Source: Octopus bimaculoides (Eukaryota). From it: a stretch of 32,112 nt of DNA. Shown in pieces: positions 22,070-32,112 of the stretch. The translations under genes were made by a program, and so were the position numbers. The notes beneath the pieces are model-generated. The model worked only from the letters and a program-made list of their open reading frames with translations, was not told the DNA's origin and made no database searches. Location of the stretch: assembly GCF_001194135.2 (NCBI RefSeq), contig NC_068988.1, positions 16,634,475 through 16,666,586 on the forward strand, written 5' to 3'. Within the stretch, counting starts at the first letter, position 1, and every line of letters begins with the position of its first letter.

Positions 22070-22097
22070 CATTTAGACTTTCTTTAGAATTCGAGAA
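22070..22097 (-). CDS. Candidate 28-nt coding exon 2: FSNSKESLN
   Basis: Follows a 75-nt GT-AG intron (acceptor TTTCTCTACAAG) and ends at a strong ATG|GTGAGT donor. The frame is open. Confidence 0.3.
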
Positions 22098-22172
22098 CTT
22101 GTAGAGAAATTAATTTATTACTTGTGCACAATATTACACCAACTCAGCAGGGACACAATTAAATTTACATAC

Positions 22173-22253
22173 GTTTGCACAATTGATCACAGACACTAAA
22201 AGCGACATCGCCACGAGATATTTGAACTGAATTTCCCAAACATACTTAGTCAT
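22173..22253 (-). CDS. Candidate first coding exon with a signal-peptide-like sequence: MTKYVWEIQFKYLVAMSLLVSVINCAN
   Basis: ATG at 22253, a hydrophobic core, small residues at the C-terminus, and an AAC|GTATGT donor. A strong upstream acceptor TTTTCTCCTTTTAG at 22362 would define about 108 nt of 5' UTR. The Kozak context is weak. Confidence 0.35.
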
Positions 22254-23908
22254 AGATTTAGACTTGCTTGGAAAATAGAATCCATAGACAAACCAAGGCT
22301 TTTTGGCATTCTTGTTTTCATTGTCCAAACTTTGATTCAGAAGACACTTTCATTAATGAAGCTAAAAGGAGAAAACGGTCAACGAGTAGTATCACTAACA
22401 TTTCTTAGTGACTAGCATAATGCAAGAGAATTCGATGTTTCCGTTAAGAAAATTTCACTCAAAACATATTAGTCAAACCGATTCTATAATATACGCCATT
22501 TGTGTACCTTCCACCCAGAGTTAAAAACCGGAAGTAGGTTGTTGTGAAGCGAAGAATGCAGTTCCATTGAGGTTTATGAGTAAAAGATTACAAAACGATA
22601 TCCGAGAAAGGCAAAATGATATGCAGTAATTTATTGGAAGCGCAGACGGTGGGGATTTTTTTACAATAATAACGACTAGAACTTAGGAGAACCAAAGCGA
22701 TATCATTTATAAATAATACGTAAATCTACATCAACTTATGCTTGTATTCCACTGCCTTCAAATAGGGACCACAGAACAAACGCACACAACACACACAGAC
22801 ACATACGTATATATAATGTGTATGTTTAATCGGCGAATGATAACCATCCCCAAGTTTAACAATATCTATTTCGACGCACGTTTTCACCTCAAGAATCTTG
22901 CAATACAAATCCATAAACACCCGCCCCGCACCACACACGCATACACATATATAATAAGGGTGGCTTGTTCGCAATTTTACAACCGAAAGGCAAAAATATA
23001 TAAGGTCATTAAATGACTGAAAGCACTGGTCAGCTCCAGTATTGCAAGAAATGAGTTAAAACAACTTATAGTCACAAGAGGCCCTTATTTTAATGACTGA
23101 GAAGGGAGGCAACCTCCCTCAGCACCTAAGCTGGTTTCACATTTATATTAATGCTTGTCAGTGAATCTCACCTAGCGCCTTGCTTTCAACACGCCTTCTC
23201 ATTATAAATAAATGTGAGTGTGTGTACGTGTGTTTGAGTGTGCGTATGTGTGTGCGCGTGTGTGTAATGATGCCACATGATGTAGTCGCGGATTTATAAC
23301 AGCTCTACTCCATCTGGATTATACTAAAGTTACGCAAAAATCGGTTTATCGATAGAATATCGATGCACAGCGTGTGATGTAGAAATGTTTTCTCTATGTT
23401 ATATTTACTCCTTTAGATATTCCGCAATTTTACATCAGTTATTAAGAATTTATGTAAAATTATACGTTGATGGTAATTCTTTTGGTTTGGGAAACAGTGT
23501 GCAGTAACTCTGTACTTGAGGTAGACCACCTTAATTTAGCTTGACAGCCATAATGCGTTCGGTCCGACATCTAGTAAGTGTATTCATAGTGTTTTCATAT
23601 TTCTGCAGTGACATTAATGAATGGCACCCAGCACACTGATTGATTTATGACCAGAAGTATTTTCAGAGAGGAATTATGTGAAACACAAAATCAATAAACA
23701 TGAGTCAATATATTCTATTCATGACCACACCGTGTAAGGAGAGAAATAAATTAAATCCGTTCGGGTGCGATACTACAAGGTGAAGTAATGTACAAAATCA
23801 TACACACACAAGTACGCACGTGCAAACACATGATATATATATATATATACCAATTGCAATGCACACGTACACATATCCACGCCTTTATATATGTATATCG
23901 TCGTATGC

Positions 23909-23948
<40 letters not shown>

Positions 23949-23958
23949 NNNNNNNNNN

Positions 23959-24385
23959 CAGTGGTTCATCAATAAAAGCCGATAGAATAAATGCCACGCT
24001 TCCAAGGATGTAATGGAGTTGATATATATGCATAATATATATATATATCAGTATATGAAAATGTCCTTCCTTCGGGTCTAAGGGCTTTTTAGCTCTTATT
24101 TCTAGCAATGTAGGTGTTACCCTGCACCCTGTAACAACTGAAGTTTTCCTTCTTGTTTTATATTGCATATAGCTGCCTCTTCATTATTTTATTTGTTTGT
24201 TTGTGTGTGTAAGTGTGTGTGTACCTTTGGTTTTTCGTTATCCCCACCATCACGTGACAAGGGTTTTTGGTTTGATTATGTCCACGTAACCCAGTGGTTC
24301 ATCAATAAAAGCCGATAGAATAAATGCCACGCTTCCAAGGATGTAATGGAGTTGATATATATGCATAATATATATATATATCAGT
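23959..24385 (+). repeat. Exact 94-bp repeat (23959-24052 and 24292-24385), overlapping a degenerate family B SINE piece (about 24240-24340)
   Basis: The two copies appear identical. The first begins immediately after a 10-N gap. Confidence 0.85.
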
Positions 24386-24979
24386 TAACTGCTGAATGTA
24401 CAATAAACTTTGTTAGAATGAATTGTGATACATTTCAAGTGAGCAACACTTACTTTGTAATGCAAATCTTACATCTCATCTAGCAGGAAATGTGGATTCA
24501 TTTCTCGCCCAAAACCATAACCGCTGGCTTAAAGAACAGACTCGTGTAAAACTTAGAATCTCTTGTATATTCAGTACGCATCTACATACTTATTAATCGC
24601 TAATATAAAACCAATTTCCTAAATGGATCCCGCGTCCCACAATTCTTTCGTGTGTTACTAGTTTGTCTTGTTATGTTTAATTTGATTAAATATTTATATT
24701 ATTTTAACATTCAAATTGGTGAATGTATGTGATATTTCGTACTACTCTTAGACAGAAATGGTTTATAAACCTAAGGCAACAGAATCATTACCGTTAGATA
24801 TACAATTTCAAATACACGAAAGGATCTGATTCCGAAGATTGTAGCCAAAACATACACCTATTTGCATGTATACACACTACATACTCATACACGTACATAC
24901 ACCGTACATACACACACCATACATACATTCTTTTATTCTTTTACATGTTTCAGCCATTTGACAGCTTCCTTGCTGCATT

Positions 24980-24982
<3 letters not shown>

Positions 24983-25034
<52 letters not shown>
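24983..25034. repeat. (TA)n microsatellite; similar tracts at 20166-20210, 25684-25850 (compound) and 30356-30393
   Basis: Seen directly. Confidence 0.95.
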
Positions 25035-25038
<4 letters not shown>

Positions 25039-25683
25039 GAACACAAGAAGGCACAAACATACATACAGATACGCATGCACACTCAGACACACACACATGT
25101 GCACATTCACACACAAAAACGCATATATGCACATTTTACAAATCTCCACACGAACAAATTTGTACTAGCATGCATAACCTGTCAATGCAACAGTGCATTT
25201 GAGAAAGATATTCTAAGAATGAATACCTGACAAAAAATATGAATAAAACAAAACACACACCACCTGCCAAATCGAATAATGACATCCTGAATGGTTCTCT
25301 AGCATTACTCTTAAATAATGGAAGTTGTAAGTTAGAAGCTCCATACGCCACTTATATTTTTTAGTATAATCATCTATGCTAAGAACTAAACTACTTTGAT
25401 ATATCTTAAATGGATTCCACTATAGGCTATTTCTGTTATGTTCATAAAAGAAGTTTATGAAAAAGAAAACTCACAAGCATGGAAAATGTATTACAGAAAA
25501 GAAAAGCTTAAAAAGGTGCAAAAAAAAAAAGAAACCATATCTTATGACTTCCTGTATCTCTTTTGCTCCGTGCGTTTGGTGTGTGCCTGTGCGTGCGCGC
25601 TTGTATCTTTTCGAGTGTGTATTCTTCGAGACCTACAACGATGCACTACTATATACATACATACACATATACATGCATGCTTC

Positions 25684-25716
<33 letters not shown>

Positions 25717-25792
25717 AATGAGAAACAGAAAGTAATATTGACACAATGTTAAATAAGTGATATATATATATATAGATATATATATATATATT

Positions 25793-25823
<31 letters not shown>

Positions 25824-26421
25824 GTGTGTGTGTGGGGGTGGGTGTGGGTGTAAAAATAATGTTGCAGTCCTATTAATCTCACCGACACACTCTAACAAAC
25901 GAGCACACACACACGGCACTCACACACACGCACTCTCACACACGCACTCTCACATTCACACGCAAACATAATCACACAGGAGAAAATGTACCATAAAATA
26001 TTAGTTTCTAATGGAAGTGAAAATAGTATGTTTCTATTTGAAGCTATCGTTATTCAAGAAAACAAGCATATGTATTTATTTTGCAAAAAGAGATATAAAC
26101 AATATTTTAAAGCAAACGAAATTATGTCTTGGCGTTTCTGATTAATTGATCATTATATCTTTCTAATTTCTGCTTTTGACGTATTTCTGGAATTTTAATG
26201 AACGCCAATTTAAAATAAACAGAAAGTAAAATATATTACATTATGTGACACACAAATCTACTCCCCAATAGTCCCCAAGGGTAAAAGGAGCGGTTGAGAC
26301 TTCAATTTGCCAAGAAAAATAAGTACATTGTGTAGGTATGCCCTTCTAGTTTCTGAGTCTAAGCCCACCCTCTACCATTCAGGCGTCTATTTAAGATTGT
26401 ATACCTTTAAATCTAAACATA

Positions 26422-26813
26422 GGCGGAGGATTGGCTATGAGGTAAAAGAAAACTTGCTTCCCAGCCACATGGTTCGTGGCTCAGTCCCATTAGGTAACGC
26501 TTTGGGCCAACCTAGCCATGTAACTGGATTAGGGGGAGAAAAGCTGAAAAAGCTCGTCGTATGTGTGTATGTATGTATGTATGTATCTATCTGTATGTAT
26601 CCATGTATGCGTGTGTGTTTGAGTTTGTCTTCCGCCACCAAAACAATTTTACAACGGGTACTGGTGTGTTTACGTCCCCGTAATCTGGCTGTTCGGCATA
26701 AAATACCGACAAAATAAGTATCTGTCTTTAAAAAGATAATCCAAAGATGGATACGTTCGACTAAACATTCTTCAAGGTAATGCTCCAGCCTAATGACTAA
26801 AACAGTTAAAAGA
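26422..26813 (+). mobile_element. SINE family B, near full length, diverged
   Basis: GGCGGAGGATTGGCT head, CCACATGGTTCGTGGCTCAGTCCCA, internal (TATG)n tract, GTGTGTTTACGTCCCCGTAA and TGACTAAAACAG. This accounts for ORFs 26307..26717 and 26435..26641. Confidence 0.85.
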
Positions 26814-26862
26814 TATTATAAGAAAATGTATCGCTATCAGATATCATTAATATTGATGAGGA

Positions 26863-27040
26863 AGGTAACGAACTTGCAGAATCGTTAATACGCTGGGCAA
26901 TCCTTGGCGACATCTCCACCAGTTTTACGTTTTTGGTTCAAATTCTGCAGTGTTGATAAAATAAATATCACTTAAATATTGGTGTATCTGACTATCTCCT
27001 CCCCGTAATTTTCAAGACTGGTACCAATAGTAATAAGAAT
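26863..27040 (+). mobile_element. Family A SINE, degenerate, internally deleted
   Basis: GCAGAATCGTTAATACGCTGGGCAA and GGTTCAAATTCTGC motifs. Confidence 0.65.
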
Positions 27041-27151
27041 TAACATTGTGGAAATAATAAATCTGTTCGTCTAAGGAAGAATCGTATGTAGCAGTCATCT
27101 GCATGCTAAAAGAACAAGACTGCAATATATTTATTAACCAACATCCACTTA

Positions 27152-27462
27152 CATCCTCTCCTCGACTTACAACCTATGCGACTTACGACCATCGGCACTT
27201 AAGACCGGAATAATGAGGAAGTGAATAAATAGATAAATAAAAAAAATCGATTTTCGGATATTGGACGGCTGTGCTTACGATAGCTATGGCAGCATCTGTC
27301 AACGCGTCCACTGCCTGCCACTACCTCTTATTCTGTTACTTTCAAGCATTAGTTGCATTTCAATGAAAAATAGTGTTGAAAAATATGAATCCTATATATG
27401 ACCAGATCGACTTTCGACCGGTCAGTTGGATCGGAACTCGGTAGTAAGTCGAGGAGAATGTG
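27152..27462. mobile_element. Tigger/pogo-type (Tc1/mariner superfamily) MITE, 311 bp
   Basis: TIRs CATCCTCTCCTCGACTTACAACC and the reverse complement CACATTCTCCTCGACTTACTACC match 19/23, with a perfect 14-bp core. TA TSD at 27150-27151 and 27463-27464. Subterminal CGACTTACGACC-like repeats are present. Confidence 0.85.
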
Positions 27463-27606
27463 TATTTATCAACTAAGTCTCTTTTATAAAACATTGCCTC
27501 ACATATTCATTAAGCAAATTCTTGAAACAAAATGCACAGAATAAAATGTAATCAATAAGCAATATGATGGAAGTGTTGTATTAATAAATAAATAAAATAA
27601 ATGCGC

Positions 27607-27743
27607 CCTTTTAAATCCTAGCCAGGCTCATGTGGGCCTGGTTTCCCGGTTTCAATGGCGTATGTGTTCCCCAGCTGGACGGGACGCCAGTCCATCGCAG
27701 CGTTACTCATTTTGGCAGCTGAGTGGACTGGAGCAACAATGCA
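27607..27743 (-). mobile_element. SINE family D, 3' half
   Basis: The reverse complement contains GTTGCTCCAGTCCACTCAGCTGCCAAAATGAGTAACGCTGCGATGGACTGGCGTCCCGTCCAG...GAAACCGGGAAACC. The GTTGCTCCAGTC motif is shared with the family C copy. Confidence 0.75.
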
Positions 27744-27767
27744 AATATTAGTATCAAAGTTTGGCAC

Positions 27768-27889
27768 AAGGCTCAACTGGTACTTATTTTATCGTCCGCG
27801 GAAGAATGAAAGGATAAGTCCACCCCGGTGGCATTTAAATCAAGAATGTAAAGACGGACGAAATACCGTTAAGCATTTTGCCAACGATG
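27768..27889 (-). mobile_element. Family A SINE, partial
   Basis: GCTCAACTGGTACTTATTTTATCG...ATGAAAGG...GTAAAGACGGACGAAATACCGTTAAGCATTTTGCC. Confidence 0.8.
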
Positions 27890-28471
27890 TTTGCGGAGTT
27901 ATATATTGGAAATGTAGTTAGAATATTACATAATTCTTTCTTTAACTTTCTCATACTTTGTATTTTAGAATGCAACATATAAGTCGCTCTTTTACGGACG
28001 TAAGTTGTAGCCAAAATGACTCTAACATTGTTCGATAATTCGTACCTCATTTATTTTGTATACGAACATGTACATTGATACACGTACACTCACAGAGGCC
28101 CACAAAAACAAAATACTGGTACAATTCTATACATTCACAGCGCCCCCCCCCCACAAGATCACACACGTGCTCCCATAAATCCATATTTTGTTTTGAAGAC
28201 AACTGCGTTCTAATTTAACATTGATTTTTTATTGATTTTCTTTGTATGTAAGTCTTAAGTTCCAATGCGGTTTCTTTGCCTCTGTACCATTTCCCTAACT
28301 ACTGACAGCGAAGCTAGACTTTTAATAGACAAGTATTGCGGATAGAATGTTATTGGAAGGGATAGTATTACTGGCGTAGCTTCTTTATTGGGTATAAATA
28401 ACTAACGAGGGAAGAAATATTAAATGCAGTGTATTAGGCTAAGATTAACACATCTACTGTGGCTTGATATC

Positions 28472-28602
<131 letters not shown>

Positions 28603-28603
28603 T

Positions 28604-28935
28604 AAATCAAGAACTGTTCCTGTTATTGTAAGTGTCCGAAATATGATAAAAAAAGGGATTTCAGAAACATCTTGATAAGGTACCAGGAGAACCATGTCTC
28701 AGAGGAAATCAAAAGATTTTACTGGCAAGTACTGCCCACGTCCTTAGAAAAACCCTATCCATTTAAGTGTATGTGTTGTATTACATGAAGATATTTCACT
28801 ACTTCTCCTCCCCAAGGTTTCTGTCATGCTGTAACATCTCTTATCTTTCACTCGCCCCAGGATACAGCATGTGTCGCAGCAAGTGACTGTAACAAACATG
28901 CAGATTTGAAGTAAATATTAATAAATAATAATAAT
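28604..28935 (+). mobile_element. 5'-truncated R4/Dong-like non-LTR retrotransposon (ORF C-terminus plus 3' UTR)
   Basis: KSRTVPVIVSVRNMIKKGI[+1 frameshift at about 28661]QKHLDKVPGEPCLRGNQKILLASTAHVLRKTLSI* (stop at 28764-28766). This resembles the C-terminal block (PVVIGALG...QK..LL.TA.ILR..L) that follows the restriction-like endonuclease of R4-clade elements. It is flanked by (AAT)n on the 5' side and an AAT-type tail at about 28919-28935. Confidence 0.8.
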
Positions 28936-30267
28936 TAATACTTTTATTATAGAAAAAATAATATAATAATAATTTAACAAAAGAAAAGATTAACAAAAAT
29001 ATGGATAGATTATAAGAAACTAATGGACAAGTGAATGTTTCACTATATTCAACATTGCAGATAACATAAGAGGGTTAATTAGCTTTAGCAATTAGAAATG
29101 GAAAGTAGATCTCTACTCAGGTGACACAGTCTTAGGGTAAGTTAAATGACGACATCCCATCACGACAGGAATTTTACTAGGAGACTCCTTATTCTATTCA
29201 ATATTTGTCTTATGTGTAATCCCCCTCAGTTTAGTTCCTTGTTTTAATAGTAGAATTAGAAAGGGCGCTGACATGTGCGTGCCTTCAATATCTCGTATCC
29301 ATGTAAACACATTACGCTATATATTAATCGTATTTTAGCAAAGGCCATCCGTGTTTTCTATTTGTAAGTTTTTATTTGACAATGGGAAACCGAATATATG
29401 CTGCATCATATTGGACTATTTTTGTATACTTTTACTTTCATGCTTAAAGAGACCAATTGCTACTTCATTTTGCTCTTACGTCTTCAAATCTATCTATAGA
29501 GAGAATTTCTGTTCACTATTCCAAGTATAGACCACGAAAGTTTTATTTAGAGATTTCCTTTTGAATATTCTTCTCTTAATTTACGTTGTATGATGTAAAC
29601 ATAATTTTTCAAGTGATCCAATCTTAGATTGACTAAGATATTGTACAGTTAGGAGTATCTTTACAGATGCTTATGTAATCGCTGATACTATCAATATATA
29701 TCAAAAGTACTTACTATTCTGGTTGAGTAGATTTATAACATATATTATGCATGAAATACTACCGTGTACATGTATAAGTATATATACCTTAATTTCTAAG
29801 ATATTTATTATGCGTATGCTGCGAGTTAGATAACTACATTGTGTCCTCAAATTGTACCTAAAATCTAACGTTAATATTTTTTACTTCATTTAATAGACAT
29901 ATTTTTTCTGCGGATGTAGAATTGTAAAGAAAAAGAGAAAAATAGTATTAAATATGTAAGCGCCATATTCACAGTAAGTGTTGCAATGGTACAAACACAC
30001 ACACAAACACACACAAACACAGTAAGAAATTATCAAATTAAATAACAATTCTTATCAAGGAGAGAATGTAAAGCAGTGTGTGAGTACACATATTAAGCAT
30101 TTGAAGATGTTGTGGCCTGAATAGATATCTTATATGATAATCGGAAATTCTGCATAGAACATTCATGGAGTTGATATAGTATCTAGACAAAAGAAAGAGA
30201 GAAATACTTCTCCGGGGAAAAAAAAATGATGATTTTTTTCCTTATAAGGTTTTTTTCACGCTAACTA

Positions 30268-30350
30268 CTAGGGGGTCGATTTGCTCGACTAAAGGCGGTG
30301 CTCTAGTATGGCCGCAGTCAGATGACATAAACAAGTAAGAGTAAAGAGGA
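30268..30350 (+). mobile_element. SINE family B, 3' end
   Basis: GGGGTCGATTTGCTCGACTAAAGGCGGTGCTCTAGTATGGCCGCAGTCAGATGACATAAACAAGTAAGAG. Confidence 0.85.
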
Positions 30351-30352
30351 AA

Positions 30353-30397
<45 letters not shown>

Positions 30398-30496
30398 GGA
30401 ACTTTCTTCTAAAATATTTGATAACACCAGTTGGCATCTGGATTGTTATAAATAATCCCTTACGAGGAACTTACATCTTCAATGCTTGAATTACAT

Positions 30497-30635
30497 ATAT
30501 ACGACAGGCTTCTTTCAGTTTTCGTCTACCAAATCCACTCACAATGTTTGGTTGGCCAGTAGCTGTATTAGAAGACACCTAACCAAAAATGCCAGGCGGT
30601 GGGATTGAACCCGAGACCTTACAACACGGCCACAC
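30497..30635 (-). mobile_element. SINE family B, 5' part
   Basis: The reverse complement has the B-box GGTTCAATCCCAC and GAGTGGATTTGGTAGACGAAAACTGAAAGAAGCCTGTCGTATAT. A further short piece lies at 32085-32112 (+). Confidence 0.85.
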
Positions 30636-31104
30636 ATGTATGCATGTATGTGTGTGAGCTTGTCCATGCGTATGTGTGTGTGTGTGCTTGTGTCAACATA
30701 ACTGTTTCGCGCATTTCGTCGCACTTCATTTAATGCAGTAGGTAATGCAGAAAGGCTGTCAAATAAAATAAACATTAAAAAAAGCTATGTCGTTGTGTAT
30801 CTCTAGCTTGCAAGAATGGTAAAATAATTTAAAAATCATATTGATTTTAAAGTTTTGTCTCTGTCGATTCTGCAGCTAATGCTATACATTCGTAGTAACG
30901 CAAAACTTAGGTTAGGTTTAAAGTTTGTTTCATGTTATTGCAGATATTATTCTGGTGTTTACACTCTTGTATTAAACATAAACTAAGTGATAGAACCCGT
31001 AGGCAAAATAATCCTTACGCCAAGTAAACAGAAAATAAGATAAAATGTTTTATGAAAAATAATGATAGTTTGATAATTTCGTACAAAGTAAACAAGATAA
31101 ATAT

Positions 31105-31190
31105 TAGTAGTAATAGTGATGATAATAATAATAATGATGGTGGTGGTGGTGGTGATGATGATGAGGATAATGATGATAATAATAATAATG
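31105..31190. repeat. Compound (AAT/GAT/GGT)n trinucleotide tract
   Basis: Seen directly; it produces the poly-H/Y runs in ORF 31104..31349. Confidence 0.95.
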
Positions 31191-32112
31191 CATAACGTAA
31201 TTCTGCTTATATGTGACGTACAAAGTTAAGAGATTACCATATTTATTAAATAGTCGTGATTTTATTTTAAGTTGGCGCCTGTAGTCTATCATAATGTTAA
31301 CATTTAGACAAGCCGCATGGTATAAACATAACAAAAAAATGCATTGCAAGAGTATTATATTTACATAAATACATAAATTTAAGCCATTCTTCTATCAGGC
31401 TGTTCCTCTTTATGTACAATATTATAGTCACGCAGAAGAAAATTGGGCAGTATATTGCTATTGATAGTACTGATAAAACTATCATATCATTCACATGTCT
31501 AGAATACATAGATCAGCTACGTTATGTTTTCTTTTTTCATCAATAGCTTCGCGTTTAAAATGTATAGAGACGCAAAAATTTACATATACATGAAAATATA
31601 AAGACATGAGTAAAAGATATAAAGATACGAATAAATAATGATGATATTTTAATATACATAAGCAATGTGTTTAGAAAACAAAATAACATCATTTGAGACA
31701 AACAGAAAGCAGCTTGTTTTTTAACGACAAAACCTTTATTTATTTTTTCTTTATTATTGCTTTCCTACAAGGTCACGTAGAGGTGTAAATTCTGACGAAC
31801 AGAACCAATTATACGCTCTCTCTTACAGTGATACCCTCTACACGCCAAGTTCAAATACACACGATCCATTTTTAATATATTATATTCTTAACTTAGAAAC
31901 AATACTTAACGTATTATTCTGTATCCTTTACAAGCATTGCAAATAGAGAACGGAGATCTAGCAAGCCAGTCATGATCTCTTAAATAGTCACCTGTTCTGT
32001 TAGAAATACCTTCTAAATGATCCTCGAATAATCTCTGTACTGTTATTAAAAACAAATTGCAAACTATAGAATATTGGTTAAATGTAGACGGAAACTGAAA
32101 GACGTCCATCAT

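Noticed and set aside
24066-24094. Hammerhead-like string on the minus strand (CTAAAAAG...CGAAG)
   Set aside because: G5 and A15.1 are absent and stem II does not pair. At best it is an untestable relic.
23959-24385. 94-bp exact repeat
   Set aside because: The first copy starts at a gap edge and appears identical to the second, so it is probably misassembly. Long reads would be needed to rescue it.
31906-32112. Minus-strand ORF with an acceptor at 32040 (QRLFEDHLEGISNRTGDYLRDHDWLARSPF...)
   Set aside because: Several alternative donors exist, the terminal one (GTTAAG) is atypical, and no family was recognised. It cannot be supported without RNA data.

Overview
This is AT-rich, microsatellite-dense eukaryotic genomic DNA with 11 N-gaps. 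Its SINE families, simple-repeat load and gap pattern suggest an octopus/cephalopod short-read assembly; that is an inference, not a database match. No host gene can be named, and no CRISPR, rRNA or true tRNA gene is seen. Nearly all long ORFs in the track are artefacts of N-runs or dinucleotide repeats. Supported content: (1) a decayed Penelope-like retroelement on the minus strand, with a GIY-YIG endonuclease remnant (7424-7850) and, about 500 bp downstream, a minimal hammerhead-ribozyme motif with a variant core (6871-6912); (2) two R4/Dong-like non-LTR retrotransposon fragments next to (AAT)n tracts (RT piece 21529-21677; C-terminus plus 3' UTR 28604-28935); (3) about 20 tRNA-derived SINE copies or fragments in about four families, two with clear TSDs; (4) three MITE-like elements (hAT-type, Tigger/pogo-type, and a 278-bp foldback); (5) other inverted and direct repeats, including gap-associated assembly duplications; (6) a tentative three-exon 5' end of a signal-peptide gene on the minus strand (21898-22361).
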